DNA of 59,200 nt from a virus. Taxonomy: Duplodnaviria; Caudoviricetes. Below are positions 37,583-48,411 of the stretch, one piece after another. The stretch lies in IMG/VR virus record IMGVR_UViG_3300040856_002284, positions 1-59,200 of that record; one strand, given 5' to 3'. Below the pieces are notes generated by a model. It was not told the origin of the DNA, made no database searches, and was given only the letters and a program-made list of their open reading frames with translations. A program made the translations under genes and the position numbers. Within the stretch, counting starts at the first letter, position 1. Each line of letters starts with the position of its first letter.

Positions 37583-39172
37583 ATGGCAAATAGATTTCCA
37601 CTTATAGTAGATACAGACGACGGTAACAAAATCAAAGAATTACCAAGTGGTGATTTTTTAGATATGACAGGCAGTGGACTTGCTAATCTTACTGGCATTA
37701 CTTTGTCTAATACACTTACTACTGCAAATGCAACAATATCTGGATCACTTAATGTTACCGGTACGGCACAATTTGCCAGTTTAGACGCATCTACTATAAC
37801 TATCAATGGTAGCAGTATTTCATCAACACAAGTACAATCAGATTGGAATGAAACCAATGATGATAGTGCTGCATTCATTTTGAATAAACCAACTATTCCA
37901 AGCAGTGTATTTGATTTAAATGACTTTAGGTTTGCAGCGCAAGAAGGTGCAAACGGTGATACTTTACAACTTACTAAGCCTTCTGGAGATCCATCCAGTT
38001 GGAGTATAAGATTTAGTGCCAGCGCAGGTGGCGGACTACAATATGGCGATCTAAGCGCAAGGGTCGGTGACGAAAACGGTACAGGTAATTTAAGTTATAA
38101 TTCAGGTAACGGTGAATTTACTATTAACTTTCCTAATATAGGTGGTGATAGCTATATTAGCGTAGCATATGATCAAGGTGATCCTGGCATTGTATTATCA
38201 TGGACAAATCCTGGGTATTTAACATATAACATAGCAGACGACAATGATGCAAATAATAATAATTTTAAAAGTGCATCAAGAAAGTCAATTAATGTTTTAA
38301 ATAGATCTCCAGGATATGATGGTGCAGGTACAGCAGGCGAACTACGTTATGATAACACAACAGGACAATTTGATTTTATTCCTCCAGACTTAGCAGGACT
38401 TGGCGGCGGCGGTATTACCGACATTGTAAACGATACTACTCCACAATTGGGTGGCGATTTAGATCTTAACACTAGAAATATCACTGGTACTGGTAATGTT
38501 AATGTTGACGGCGGTATTAGTGCAAGCGGCGGATTACTTGTTTCTGCAGGTCTTACTCAATTACAAGGTGGGACAGAAATCGAAGGTTACTTACAAATTG
38601 AAGGAAGCTCACTAACAAATACAGATATCTTAGTAACAACTAATGCTAATGGTTTAATTGGTAAAGTTGCTGGTTTCCAAATTGACGGTAGTGGTAACTT
38701 ATCTATTCCTGGAGCAACCACTGCAAGTGGTAACATGAATGTCACAGGTGATATAACTGCAACAGGCACTATAACAGCAGCAAGTGTTGTAAGTGGCGGC
38801 ACAGGAACTCCAAGTATTAGTACAGGTGGCGATTTCTTATTCGAAGTAGGCGGTAAATTAGAAATACGCCATGGGCAACTAGGTATTGGTGCAGAAGCAA
38901 GTTTGCCTACAACAAATCTAGACAACGGCGACTTCTTATTTTACTCTTCTATAGGTACATTTGCAATTTATTCAAACCAGTTTGATGGCGATGGAACACA
39001 GGGTTGGTACTATTTGCCTTCTAGACTAAGTCCTTATCCACTAGCATTACCTAACTTGTCAAACGCACAGAGAAATGCTATTACAGGTAAATCAGGACAT
39101 ATGATTTTTAACACAGATAATGGTAATGTCGAAGTGCATGACGGGACTGCCTGGAGAACAATTTCAATATGA
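37583..39172 (+). CDS. Tail fibre-like structural protein
   Basis: QSDWNE...FILNKP, DTTPQLGGDLD, C-terminal IFNTD....W. Confidence 0.75.
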   Translation: MANRFPLIVDTDDGNKIKELPSGDFLDMTGSGLANLTGITLSNTLTTANATISGSLNVTGTAQFASLDASTITINGSSISSTQVQSDWNETNDDSAAFILNKPTIPSSVFDLNDFRFAAQEGANGDTLQLTKPSGDPSSWSIRFSASAGGGLQYGDLSARVGDENGTGNLSYNSGNGEFTINFPNIGGDSYISVAYDQGDPGIVLSWTNPGYLTYNIADDNDANNNNFKSASRKSINVLNRSPGYDGAGTAGELRYDNTTGQFDFIPPDLAGLGGGGITDIVNDTTPQLGGDLDLNTRNITGTGNVNVDGGISASGGLLVSAGLTQLQGGTEIEGYLQIEGSSLTNTDILVTTNANGLIGKVAGFQIDGSGNLSIPGATTASGNMNVTGDITATGTITAASVVSGGTGTPSISTGGDFLFEVGGKLEIRHGQLGIGAEASLPTTNLDNGDFLFYSSIGTFAIYSNQFDGDGTQGWYYLPSRLSPYPLALPNLSNAQRNAITGKSGHMIFNTDNGNVEVHDGTAWRTISI

Positions 39173-40767
39173 GTCATAGAGAATACAATATTGTTATTAA
39201 AAAAGGCGCAAATTTATCAGAAGTTGAACAGGACTTACAAGGACCGAGTGGTAGCTCAACTATTCCAAGCCGCAGAGTTGATATTGTAAATCCTAGACCA
39301 GGTAGTACTAGAATAACAAGTTTTGCTTTATCTGAAGCAGAAGTTAAACAATTGCAACAAGACAATCGTATTGAAGCTGTAGAAATTCCACCAGAACAAA
39401 GAGACGATATAGAAATTGGTTTACATGGCAGACAGGTAGGAAATTTTGACAAAACTAGTTTAGATAATGGAAATTATCAAAACTGGGGATTAAAACGTTG
39501 TATAAGTGAATCATTAAACTACGGCAGCACAGGTGGTCCTACAGACAACGATAACTATGATTATAGTTATGATGGAACAGGAGTTGATGTTGTAATTCAA
39601 GATAGTGGTATACAAGTTGGTCATCCTGAATGGAATGATTACACAGGTACAACAAGATTACAACAAATAGACTGGGCTACAGAAAGTGGTTTGAGTTTTA
39701 CGCAAAGTGCTAATCATTATAGAGATTATGACGGACACGGTACACATTGTGCAGGTATAGCAGCAGGTTTAACATTTGGCTGGGCTAAAGGTTCTAGAAT
39801 ATATGCACAAAAATTGTCTGGCTTAGAAGGCTCAGGTGATAGTGGAACAGGAATAAGTATTACAAATGCATTTGATGCAATACGTTTATGGCATAACAAC
39901 AAATCAGGTGCCGATGCTGGTCGACCTACCGTAGTAAATATGAGTTGGGGATATGGATATGCTCTTTATCCATCAGATATTACTACAGGAAACTATAGAG
40001 GAACTAGTTGGAACTTTGCTAACGACTATGGTAGTAATAGCACTACACTTTGGACCAACACAGGAATAGTTTTTCCATATTATACAGGTGCTTTAGGATC
40101 TAATACAAGAATGCCTGTAAGAGTTGCTTCAGTTGATGCAGAGGTTGAAGATATGATATCTGCTGGCATACATGTGTGTATTGCAGCAGGAAATACTTTA
40201 TTTAAAATTGATGTACCCGGCGGTCTTGATTATGATAATACGGTTACTAGAAGTGGATCTCCTGAATATTATCACAGAGGAAGTTCTCCTTATAGTGAAA
40301 ATGCATTTATGGTAGGAAATATTGATAGTGCTTTGTTTAGTAGTTTAGATCATAGAGCATTTAGTAGTTGCAATGGCCCAGGAACAAATATTTGGGCGCC
40401 AGGCAGTGACATAATGAGTGCTACAAGTGCTATAAATGATTATGGAGCAAGTGGTAACTACTATTTAGATAGCAATTATGAACAAACAAATATAGGCGGT
40501 ACAAGCATGGCTGCACCGCAAGTTGCAGGTGTAGCTGCATGTTACTTACAAAAAAATTCTACATTAACACCTGCACAACTTTTTACCGAACTTACAACAG
40601 ATGCAACTAGCGTAATATATGATACAGGAAACAGCGACGATTATACTAACACAAATAGTGTTTGCGGATCTCCTAATAGATTATTGTATAACAAATATGG
40701 TTATCCTCCATTCTCAATGAACTTGAGTTTTAGTTTTACAAACGGAGCAACTATCACATCGTCATAA
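39169..40767 (+). CDS. Subtilisin-like S8 serine protease
   Basis: DSG, HGTHCAG, AAGN, GTSMAAP. Confidence 0.93.
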   Translation: MSHREYNIVIKKGANLSEVEQDLQGPSGSSTIPSRRVDIVNPRPGSTRITSFALSEAEVKQLQQDNRIEAVEIPPEQRDDIEIGLHGRQVGNFDKTSLDNGNYQNWGLKRCISESLNYGSTGGPTDNDNYDYSYDGTGVDVVIQDSGIQVGHPEWNDYTGTTRLQQIDWATESGLSFTQSANHYRDYDGHGTHCAGIAAGLTFGWAKGSRIYAQKLSGLEGSGDSGTGISITNAFDAIRLWHNNKSGADAGRPTVVNMSWGYGYALYPSDITTGNYRGTSWNFANDYGSNSTTLWTNTGIVFPYYTGALGSNTRMPVRVASVDAEVEDMISAGIHVCIAAGNTLFKIDVPGGLDYDNTVTRSGSPEYYHRGSSPYSENAFMVGNIDSALFSSLDHRAFSSCNGPGTNIWAPGSDIMSATSAINDYGASGNYYLDSNYEQTNIGGTSMAAPQVAGVAACYLQKNSTLTPAQLFTELTTDATSVIYDTGNSDDYTNTNSVCGSPNRLLYNKYGYPPFSMNLSFSFTNGATITSS

Positions 40768-40788
40768 ATATTAAAAACGGAGATCATT

Positions 40789-41463
40789 ATGACTATTCAA
40801 ACAATCAATGTGGGTTCTTTAGCAAATGACGGTACAGGGGACGATCTAAGAGAAGCATTTATAAAGGTTAATCAAAACTTTGCGGAACTAGATACTAGAT
40901 CAGAGGCTACAACTGCAACAAACGTAGGTACAAGCGGTGCTGAAGTTTTTAAAGAACTTGTAGGAAGCGAACTACAATTTAGAAAAATTACAGGCGGCAA
41001 TGCTATAACCGTTACACAAAATACAAATGAAATTGAAATTTCAAGTGTAGCAGGTCAATATATACTTAGAGATGATTACGATACCAGTCATGTTACTGGT
41101 GCCGGCACCGTATTAGCATTTAAAGATACTAATGCTATGAAAGTAAGAATTAATCCTAACGATACTCCGTATCCGAGTGTTACATTTGATAGTAAATTAG
41201 CATATGATCCACAACCAGAATTATACAACAATTTAAATGCAAGAAACTTTGATATCTTTAATGTTACAAATATCAACAACGTTGATACAGCAGAACTTGA
41301 AAAGGCATTTGGATGGGACTTTGGAGAACTTGACGAGACTAGAACAAGCATATTTGATTGGATTTTGAATGTATTCGATGTTGATTTAGGCGAAGCAGCA
41401 CCAGGAGATGCAAGAATACCAGAATCAAGGGCATCAGTTGATTTTGGTACATTAGGGGATTAA
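40789..41463 (+). CDS. Structural protein with gp9/10-like N-terminal motif
   Basis: INVGSLANDGTGDDLREAFIKVNQNFAEL. Confidence 0.75.
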   Translation: MTIQTINVGSLANDGTGDDLREAFIKVNQNFAELDTRSEATTATNVGTSGAEVFKELVGSELQFRKITGGNAITVTQNTNEIEISSVAGQYILRDDYDTSHVTGAGTVLAFKDTNAMKVRINPNDTPYPSVTFDSKLAYDPQPELYNNLNARNFDIFNVTNINNVDTAELEKAFGWDFGELDETRTSIFDWILNVFDVDLGEAAPGDARIPESRASVDFGTLGD

Positions 41464-41465
41464 TA

Positions 41466-44400
41466 ATGGCGTTACCACAATGGACGGTAAACTCAGGACA
41501 TAGTTTTGGCATAATACAAGAACGAGCAAATGTTAACATAGAGCTTCCGATTAGTAACTTAGAAGATGTTACTAATGCTACCGTCATTAGTGGTAATTTT
41601 CCGGCAGGACTTACAATTCAAGATAATACAATAATTGGATTTCCTTTAGAGGTATCTCGTACAACTGAACACAATTTTTGCATTAGAGCAACAACTGCCG
41701 ACGGTGTTGCCGATAGAACTTTTAAAATAATTATAGAAGGTTCAGATGAACCTGAATGGATTACCCCAGAAGGAGATTTACGTGTAGGACCTGTTCCTAG
41801 TGGTATGTATTGGTTTGATACAAGCACAACCATATGGGGAATGAAAGAATTTATTTCCAACGATTATTCTGTTAAAAGTGTAACTGATTATGCAAATAAA
41901 CCAGAATTCTTCGAAGGTGAAGATTATGATGTTGCAGTAACATTTGTAAACCAAGAAGGTAGATTTTATGTAAGACGTGATGAAAGATGGAGATTAATGA
42001 CATCTGACATTATGGCTACATTCTTTGACGATAAAAACACAATTACAAGTAGTTTTGCTCGTCCTGCAAATGGTACAGCAGATTACTGGTGGAAGCTAGG
42101 TAATAGTGATAGCGGGTTTGATCCAAAAATTAAAAAGTATAATAGTTATTTAGATGCATGGGAAACACAAGAAGTAATTGTAAATCCTGATGAACCATTT
42201 AATCCACAAGATGATCAAATTTGGATTCAAACTTTTACAAATAGCTCTGTGTTTTATGTAAAACGATATGATGTGACCGAACAAGATTTTGTTTTATTGA
42301 GTTTTGACTTTGGTGATACTGCTCCTGAAAGAAAAGAACCAGCTACATTTATATTAGACTCTTCATATGTCAATTTTAAATTAGAAGTATTAGATAGTGA
42401 TTTAACTAGCGATCAAACTCATAGATTTTTTATTGCAGATGGTGATGGAGCATTACCAGGAGGCTTAACCTTATCCGAAGACGGAATTATTAGTGGTTTT
42501 GTTGATCCAATCAAAGCATTAGATGTAAATGCAGATCCTGGGTATGATGTTAATAACTTTGATGCTTTTCCAATTGACTGGGGTATTCCAGATGCAGACG
42601 GTTACGATAGTTATTTGTATGATACACAAGATTATGGATACGGTGTTCCTACTAGACAGCCAAAAAAACTAAACAGAAAGTACGCATTTTTTGTAAGTGT
42701 TGATGATGGTGTTACGGTTGCAAAACGTAAGTTTTCTATATTTGTTGTAGGTGATGATTTTGTTAGAGCAGACAATACAATCATGAAAGCAGCAGACGGT
42801 GTATTTGCTGCTGATGTTACGTATCTACGCAAACCATTATGGTTAACAGATGCATACCTAGGGCAGAAACGTGCAAACAATTATGTTACGATATTTTTAG
42901 ATGTTTATGATCCAAATGAATTATTAGGTACAATTACATATGTGCTAGAAAAAACAAACAACGACGGAACTATTAGTGAATTACCACCTGGTTTAGAATT
43001 AGATAACACAACCGGCGAAGTAGCAGGAAGAATTGGATATCAGCCAGAAAGCCAAAAATCATACAAGTTTACGGTTAGAGCAGAAAGATCTGAAACAGAT
43101 TCAGAAACATTAGAAGTTAATGCTAATGTATTTGAAGACACAAGAGCAGGATTATCTACTATTAAAGTATATAATATTTCTGAAGAAGATTTGCTATTGT
43201 TAGAAGGTAGGTCTATAACTATTGAAAATAGATTATACAACGTAAAATCAACAGAAAAAGTTCAAACAGAAGATTTTGATTTAGTTATATTAACTGAAGA
43301 ACTAGTTCCTACAGACAAAGCAGAAGTATTAAAATTATTTTACACAGCAGAAAGTGGACAGAATTATTTCTTTGTTAAATCTTTAAATACAAAAAGTAAA
43401 GAATTTTATGCAGGTAGATCTATTAACTACAATGCCACAGAAGTTTATGAAATTGCAAGTGTAGATGATTATGTAGAATGGACAATCGAATCTGATGATT
43501 TATTAGCATTGGAATTAAATACACAGGCTGTTGGATTAACATATAATACAGGCTTATCATTTGCTGAAAACTTAACACTGGTTGTTGAAGCATTTTTAAC
43601 ACAAGCGAATACAGATTTAGATGGTTATGTAAGTATTCAAAGTTCTCAAAAAATTACGTTAAGATTACCTGTAACTAGTTTAACTAATAATAGAACAGAT
43701 GTTAAGAATTTATTCCACAAAAGCGATAGCAGTGAAGTATTAATAAGTAAAACTGCAAACTTCACAAAAATTTCTCTTGATACAAATTTAACAAGAACAC
43801 TAACACAAGATGCACAGATAAGTTTTGGTGCTCCTAAAGGTAGTTTAATCTTAGAAAGAATTGTTTTAGGACTACAAGAAATAACAGAAACTAGAAAAAC
43901 ATTTACTTTAGATTTGTTAGGTGATTACAATTTTGATATTACATGGAAGACTGATGCATTACTACCTGATATACAAGCAAACAGAATTAGCACTCTTAGA
44001 TTAGAAGCAGAAAGTGCTTATGAAAATGCAAACTTAGTGTACACACTTGTTAATGGAAGTTTACCTCCAGGATTATCCCTTACTGAAAAAGGCGAAATTG
44101 TAGGTAAGATAGAGCAGTTTGGTGTTCCTGGTATTCCAGGCTTGACATTGTTTGATAATTTGACAACAACAATTGACAAAGGTTTAACAAGATTTGATAG
44201 CATATGGAAATTTACCGTTGCAGTTAAGGATAAGTTTAATCCAAAAATTGCTGTTAGAGAATTCACATTGAATATCTTAGATCCAGATAATGTATTGTTT
44301 AGTAATTTGTATATGGAACCATTTTTACCAGTTGAACAAAGAAATACATTTAACGAATTTGTTAACGACATAAATGTGTTTAATCCTGAATACATCTATC

Positions 44401-45314
44401 GTCCAAGCGATAGCAACTTTGGTATACAAAAAAATCTTAGAACACTAGCATACGCAGGTATAGAAACAAAAGCAATAAACTATTATGTAAGTGCAATAGC
44501 AAAAAATCACAAAAAGAAAAAATTCTTTTTTGGAGAAGTTGAAACTGCTGTTGCAAAACAACGTGGAAGTAATAATGTAGTTTATGAAGTTGTTTATGTT
44601 AATCTAGTAGATTTAGCAGAAAGTAACAACGGCGAAACAAGAGAAACATTAAAAACAAAATCTGGAAATCCTATAACGGTAGATAGTGTTAAACTAGAAA
44701 CACTTAATGACAATAGTTTGAGTGTAGGTGGTAGTAGTTTTTTTGCAATAGGCGGGCGTGATGGAGAAATAAGTTTTCCAACCGTGCCAACTGGTGTTGT
44801 TATTCTTACTAGAGATGGTGAAGTAATTTCCCCTACTATAGGTGTTACACTACCAATTACATTACGAACTAATCAAGTTATTACAATTCAAGAAAGCATA
44901 AGTTCTACTATAGAAACAATTAAACCGTTTAGATTTAGACCTATAGGAAACACTATAACTATAGATAGTTCTGCTATCAAAATTTCAGCAACTCAAAATT
45001 TAGAAAAACACATAGCGAACATTACCAATATGCGCAAACGCTTGTCCGAAGTTGGTGAAACTGATAATAGTTTCTTACCGCTTTGGATGCGAACACAGCA
45101 AGAAGTTGGTGGTGAGGCAGAAGAATACAGATTTGTTTTACCGTTAGCATATTGTAAACCAGGTACAAGTGAATTTATAAAAGAAAATATTCAAAACAGC
45201 ACATTTGATTTTAAAGACATAAATTACGAAATAGACAGATATATTATTGATAGTACTACAGGATTAAGCTCTGAACAATATCTTCTATTTGCAAATTTCC
45301 AATACAATGTGTAA
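41466..45314 (+). CDS. Large baseplate-type protein with Ig-like (He_PIG-type) repeats
   Basis: Repeated G.LP.GL.L...G.I.G and P.W.T motifs; C-terminal LPLWMR. Confidence 0.7.
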   Translation: MALPQWTVNSGHSFGIIQERANVNIELPISNLEDVTNATVISGNFPAGLTIQDNTIIGFPLEVSRTTEHNFCIRATTADGVADRTFKIIIEGSDEPEWITPEGDLRVGPVPSGMYWFDTSTTIWGMKEFISNDYSVKSVTDYANKPEFFEGEDYDVAVTFVNQEGRFYVRRDERWRLMTSDIMATFFDDKNTITSSFARPANGTADYWWKLGNSDSGFDPKIKKYNSYLDAWETQEVIVNPDEPFNPQDDQIWIQTFTNSSVFYVKRYDVTEQDFVLLSFDFGDTAPERKEPATFILDSSYVNFKLEVLDSDLTSDQTHRFFIADGDGALPGGLTLSEDGIISGFVDPIKALDVNADPGYDVNNFDAFPIDWGIPDADGYDSYLYDTQDYGYGVPTRQPKKLNRKYAFFVSVDDGVTVAKRKFSIFVVGDDFVRADNTIMKAADGVFAADVTYLRKPLWLTDAYLGQKRANNYVTIFLDVYDPNELLGTITYVLEKTNNDGTISELPPGLELDNTTGEVAGRIGYQPESQKSYKFTVRAERSETDSETLEVNANVFEDTRAGLSTIKVYNISEEDLLLLEGRSITIENRLYNVKSTEKVQTEDFDLVILTEELVPTDKAEVLKLFYTAESGQNYFFVKSLNTKSKEFYAGRSINYNATEVYEIASVDDYVEWTIESDDLLALELNTQAVGLTYNTGLSFAENLTLVVEAFLTQANTDLDGYVSIQSSQKITLRLPVTSLTNNRTDVKNLFHKSDSSEVLISKTANFTKISLDTNLTRTLTQDAQISFGAPKGSLILERIVLGLQEITETRKTFTLDLLGDYNFDITWKTDALLPDIQANRISTLRLEAESAYENANLVYTLVNGSLPPGLSLTEKGEIVGKIEQFGVPGIPGLTLFDNLTTTIDKGLTRFDSIWKFTVAVKDKFNPKIAVREFTLNILDPDNVLFSNLYMEPFLPVEQRNTFNEFVNDINVFNPEYIYRPSDSNFGIQKNLRTLAYAGIETKAINYYVSAIAKNHKKKKFFFGEVETAVAKQRGSNNVVYEVVYVNLVDLAESNNGETRETLKTKSGNPITVDSVKLETLNDNSLSVGGSSFFAIGGRDGEISFPTVPTGVVILTRDGEVISPTIGVTLPITLRTNQVITIQESISSTIETIKPFRFRPIGNTITIDSSAIKISATQNLEKHIANITNMRKRLSEVGETDNSFLPLWMRTQQEVGGEAEEYRFVLPLAYCKPGTSEFIKENIQNSTFDFKDINYEIDRYIIDSTTGLSSEQYLLFANFQYNV

Positions 45315-45349
45315 ATGTAGATAAATAGTTTTGTAATAAAGGATAGAAA

Positions 45350-45934
45350 ATGTCAAGCAATATCGTATACACAACAATTGATGAACAATTTCCTATTGCA
45401 GGTCAAGATAATGACTCGCAAGGATTTCGTGATAACTTTAATATTATTAAAGAAAATTTTAGAAATGCAATTATTGAAATTGAAGATTTACAAAATAATG
45501 CTGTAAAACTTAATGAAGATAATACATTTACAGATGCAATTAGACTTGTAAATGCAAGATTAAAAGCAGTTTACGAAGAATCTAATACAAACGCATTTAC
45601 TAATGGTATTGTTACAGCAGCTAATGTAAGTTTTAATGTAGGACATCATCAAGTTGTTAAAGCAGAAGGCGATATTAATTTGACATTTACTGATTGGCCA
45701 ACTAGTGGAAAGTATGCAGAAATGCGTGTTCAATTGTTTAGTGACGGTACTGAAAGAGATGTTACCTTTTTAACAGAAGATTCAGGTGTGTTTAGAACAG
45801 ATGGAAACACAGAATGGACTGGCACAACCGTAACCGTACCAACTACAGAAACAACAAGTAAATTGATTAAAGCATGGACATATGATGGCGGAGCCACCGT
45901 TCATTTAGACTTTGTAGGTACATACACAGCATGA
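45350..45934 (+). CDS. Virion structural protein
   Basis: FPIAGQDNDSQGFRDNF..IK; late-like promoter 45320-45327. Confidence 0.6.
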   Translation: MSSNIVYTTIDEQFPIAGQDNDSQGFRDNFNIIKENFRNAIIEIEDLQNNAVKLNEDNTFTDAIRLVNARLKAVYEESNTNAFTNGIVTAANVSFNVGHHQVVKAEGDINLTFTDWPTSGKYAEMRVQLFSDGTERDVTFLTEDSGVFRTDGNTEWTGTTVTVPTTETTSKLIKAWTYDGGATVHLDFVGTYTA

Positions 45935-46155
45935 TACATCCACATGTCGACACTGACAATATGACTATCAGAGAACTTGAAGAAAAAATATACAAGTTAA
46001 ATAATAGTTATTTTTTAAGTGAAAACCAAGAAGTTAGACAGCAAATACTTTTGTTAATGGATTCATTTAAACTTGCTCTTGAAGATAAGCAAGTGCAACA
46101 GAAAAAAACAAACAAAAAAAATAATGATCTTGACAATTTGATCAATGTATCATAA
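45931..46155 (+). CDS. Hypothetical protein
   Basis: ATGA coupling. Confidence 0.55.
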   Translation: MIHPHVDTDNMTIRELEEKIYKLNNSYFLSENQEVRQQILLLMDSFKLALEDKQVQQKKTNKKNNDLDNLINVS

Positions 46156-46158
46156 TAT
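46130..46158 (+). promoter_or_regulatory. sigma70-like promoter
   Basis: TTGACA-17-TAATAT, 6 nt before ATG 46165. Confidence 0.5.
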
Positions 46159-46164
46159 ACATTT

Positions 46165-46719
46165 ATGCTTATGAGAACAGATGAACTAGGTATTCCACGA
46201 TTTACAAATCGCGATCTTATCGATATGATCTATAGTGGTCATGCGGATAAAGTTCATGTGGTGTTGTGTAATCCTACAGATGAAATAGACAAGTTCAATG
46301 CTGCTATGGAAGAACAAGGCTTTGACAAACTGCAAAAATATATTCCATTAGATGTAGATCAAAAGACTTTTGACGGTGTATGTCAAAGTGAATGGTTTAT
46401 GCCTGATGAATATAAGACACTTGCTATAGAAGAGTGGGTTGCTGCCAAACTTATGGAAGAACTACAATGCGAAGACTTTCATATTGAAACTACACCCGAA
46501 TGGGATAGAGCATACGAAGAATTACAGGAATTTAAAAAGCGTGGTATGAATGACTTGTTACGCTATATGATCTATCTTGTAGACTTTATGCGTGAGAATG
46601 GGATAGTATGGGGTGTAGGTAGAGGATCAAGTGTTGCCAGTTATGTGTTGTATTTGATTGGTGTACATAGAATTGATAGTATTAAATTTGGATTAGACTG
46701 GCGTGAATTTTTACGTTGA
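46165..46719 (+). CDS. dnaE: Fragment of DNA polymerase III alpha (family C)
   Basis: GVGRGSSVASYVLYLIGV..IDS.KFGL...EFL matches the DnaE GRGS region. Confidence 0.8.
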   Translation: MLMRTDELGIPRFTNRDLIDMIYSGHADKVHVVLCNPTDEIDKFNAAMEEQGFDKLQKYIPLDVDQKTFDGVCQSEWFMPDEYKTLAIEEWVAAKLMEELQCEDFHIETTPEWDRAYEELQEFKKRGMNDLLRYMIYLVDFMRENGIVWGVGRGSSVASYVLYLIGVHRIDSIKFGLDWREFLR

Positions 46720-47302
46720 ATATAAAGATGAAAGAGAAAGAGCTTTCCATCATGTAAGTAATTTAAGCACATTAAACATAAAAGAACATTCATTTTGTGT
46801 GCAAATGACCGCTAAACCTTACAAACTTTTTTTAACTCCAAATTGTAATACTCACGAAAATAAAAATTACAAATTTAATAAAAAAATGATTTTTGGAGAT
46901 ATTAAAGTACACAAGAAAAAATTTGGATTAAAAGAGTATAACAGAATTATTTCTCGGTTAGATATTTCTAAAAGATTTATGTTACACATAACCAATGTTC
47001 CTTTTGCAACTAGCGAATATAAGCCAATTACAGAGCATGGTAATATTTTTGGTATAATTAAAATGTTTTATGATCAAACTGATGAACTTTTTTTAGAAAT
47101 ACACAACAAAATATTATATCCTTATCAAGAAAAAAAGTTTAAAAAACAATTGAAAAATGATAAAGAATTTTGGTTACAATACTTGAATGTAAACACCAAA
47201 ATTCAATATTTTTCAATGGCTACGGAATTAGCAAACGACAACCTTAGTTGGCATATTTGTAAACCATTATATCAAGATAAAGTATTAACAAATTTTAAAT
47301 AA
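46703..47302 (+). CDS. AT-rich hypothetical protein
   Basis: 199-aa ORF. Confidence 0.5.
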   Translation: MNFYVEYKDERERAFHHVSNLSTLNIKEHSFCVQMTAKPYKLFLTPNCNTHENKNYKFNKKMIFGDIKVHKKKFGLKEYNRIISRLDISKRFMLHITNVPFATSEYKPITEHGNIFGIIKMFYDQTDELFLEIHNKILYPYQEKKFKKQLKNDKEFWLQYLNVNTKIQYFSMATELANDNLSWHICKPLYQDKVLTNFK

Positions 47303-47325
47303 TAAATATTCATGAAGGAGCCGAC

Positions 47326-47673
47326 ATGGTTAGTAAAAGTAAAGGTAGAAAAATATATAGAACTGCCCAGGGTAAACAAATTGATTTAGATATGCTTATC
47401 AAAAGAAATGAGTTGACACCTGCGGTAGGTAATGCTAAAGTAAATGCACGAGGTGACGAATTAGGTCCAGGTGGAAAAATTATTCGTAAACGTGAAGAGA
47501 TAATGCAAAATTATTATAGCAGTTTACCAGAAGAAAATCCAAAAAAATCTTCTTCTAGAGAATTTGTACCACCAACTAGTGCAGTTGCCGATGCAGAAGC
47601 AAAAGAATTAGCAGAATTTGACAACGAATGGGTTGAAGATGCTGATGGTAACTTTGTAAAGAAAGGTGGATAA
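47326..47673 (+). CDS. Phage hypothetical protein
   Basis: AVGN..VNARGDELG.GG; AAGGAG RBS. Confidence 0.65.
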   Translation: MVSKSKGRKIYRTAQGKQIDLDMLIKRNELTPAVGNAKVNARGDELGPGGKIIRKREEIMQNYYSSLPEENPKKSSSREFVPPTSAVADAEAKELAEFDNEWVEDADGNFVKKGG

Positions 47674-48050
47674 TGAGCGAAGGAATGGGTGGTGGATTTA
47701 AAGTCACACCAAAAATTAAAGGCAAACTCAGCCCAATTAGAAATAGAGTAATTGTTAGAGATATGCACTTTGGTGAGCAAGTCACACGTAGTGGGCTTAT
47801 TCTAACAGGCGATGATGGTACCAGTAGAGGTATATATCCACGTTGGTGTCGTGTCCATGCAAAAGGACCTGAAAACACAGACGACTACAATGTAGGAGAT
47901 TGGATCCTAGTAGAACATGGTCGTTGGACAAGAGGCATAGATGTTGATGAAGGCGACGGAGAATCGACACTGCGTATGGTAGAAGCAGAAAGCATTATGG
48001 GCTGGAGCAAAGAAAAACCAGAAGACGTTTTCATTGGCGAAGAGGTATAA
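47673..48050 (+). CDS. groES: GroES-like co-chaperonin
   Basis: PIRNRVIV, T.SGLIL, V.A.GP, VGD.IL. Confidence 0.8.
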   Translation: MSEGMGGGFKVTPKIKGKLSPIRNRVIVRDMHFGEQVTRSGLILTGDDGTSRGIYPRWCRVHAKGPENTDDYNVGDWILVEHGRWTRGIDVDEGDGESTLRMVEAESIMGWSKEKPEDVFIGEEV

Positions 48051-48410
48051 ATGACAAATCCATTTGCAGATATTGAACGCTTTGGCTCGGCGTGTGACCA
48101 AGAGCCATCAGAAGCAAACTACAAAATGTATCTTGATCTAATTCGAGAAGAAACAGACGAACTAGAAGAAGCCATTCTAGACAATGACAAGGTAGAACAA
48201 CTAGATGCACTAGTAGATATCCTTGTTGTTACTATGGGTGCTATTCGTGCCGCGGGTTGGGACGGGGAAGGTGCTTGGAAAGAAGTAATGGATACTAACT
48301 TTGCTAAGATTAATCCAGAAACAGGCAAAGTTATTAAACGTGAAGACGGTAAGGTACTGAAGCCAGAAGGATGGAAGGCTCCAGAACTAGAAAAATTTGT
48401 AGGAGAGTGA
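48051..48410 (+). CDS. MazG-like (all-alpha) NTP pyrophosphohydrolase
   Basis: LIREE..E, DALVD, N..K, DGKVLKP.GW..P. Confidence 0.85.
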   Translation: MTNPFADIERFGSACDQEPSEANYKMYLDLIREETDELEEAILDNDKVEQLDALVDILVVTMGAIRAAGWDGEGAWKEVMDTNFAKINPETGKVIKREDGKVLKPEGWKAPELEKFVGE

Positions 48411-48411
48411 T

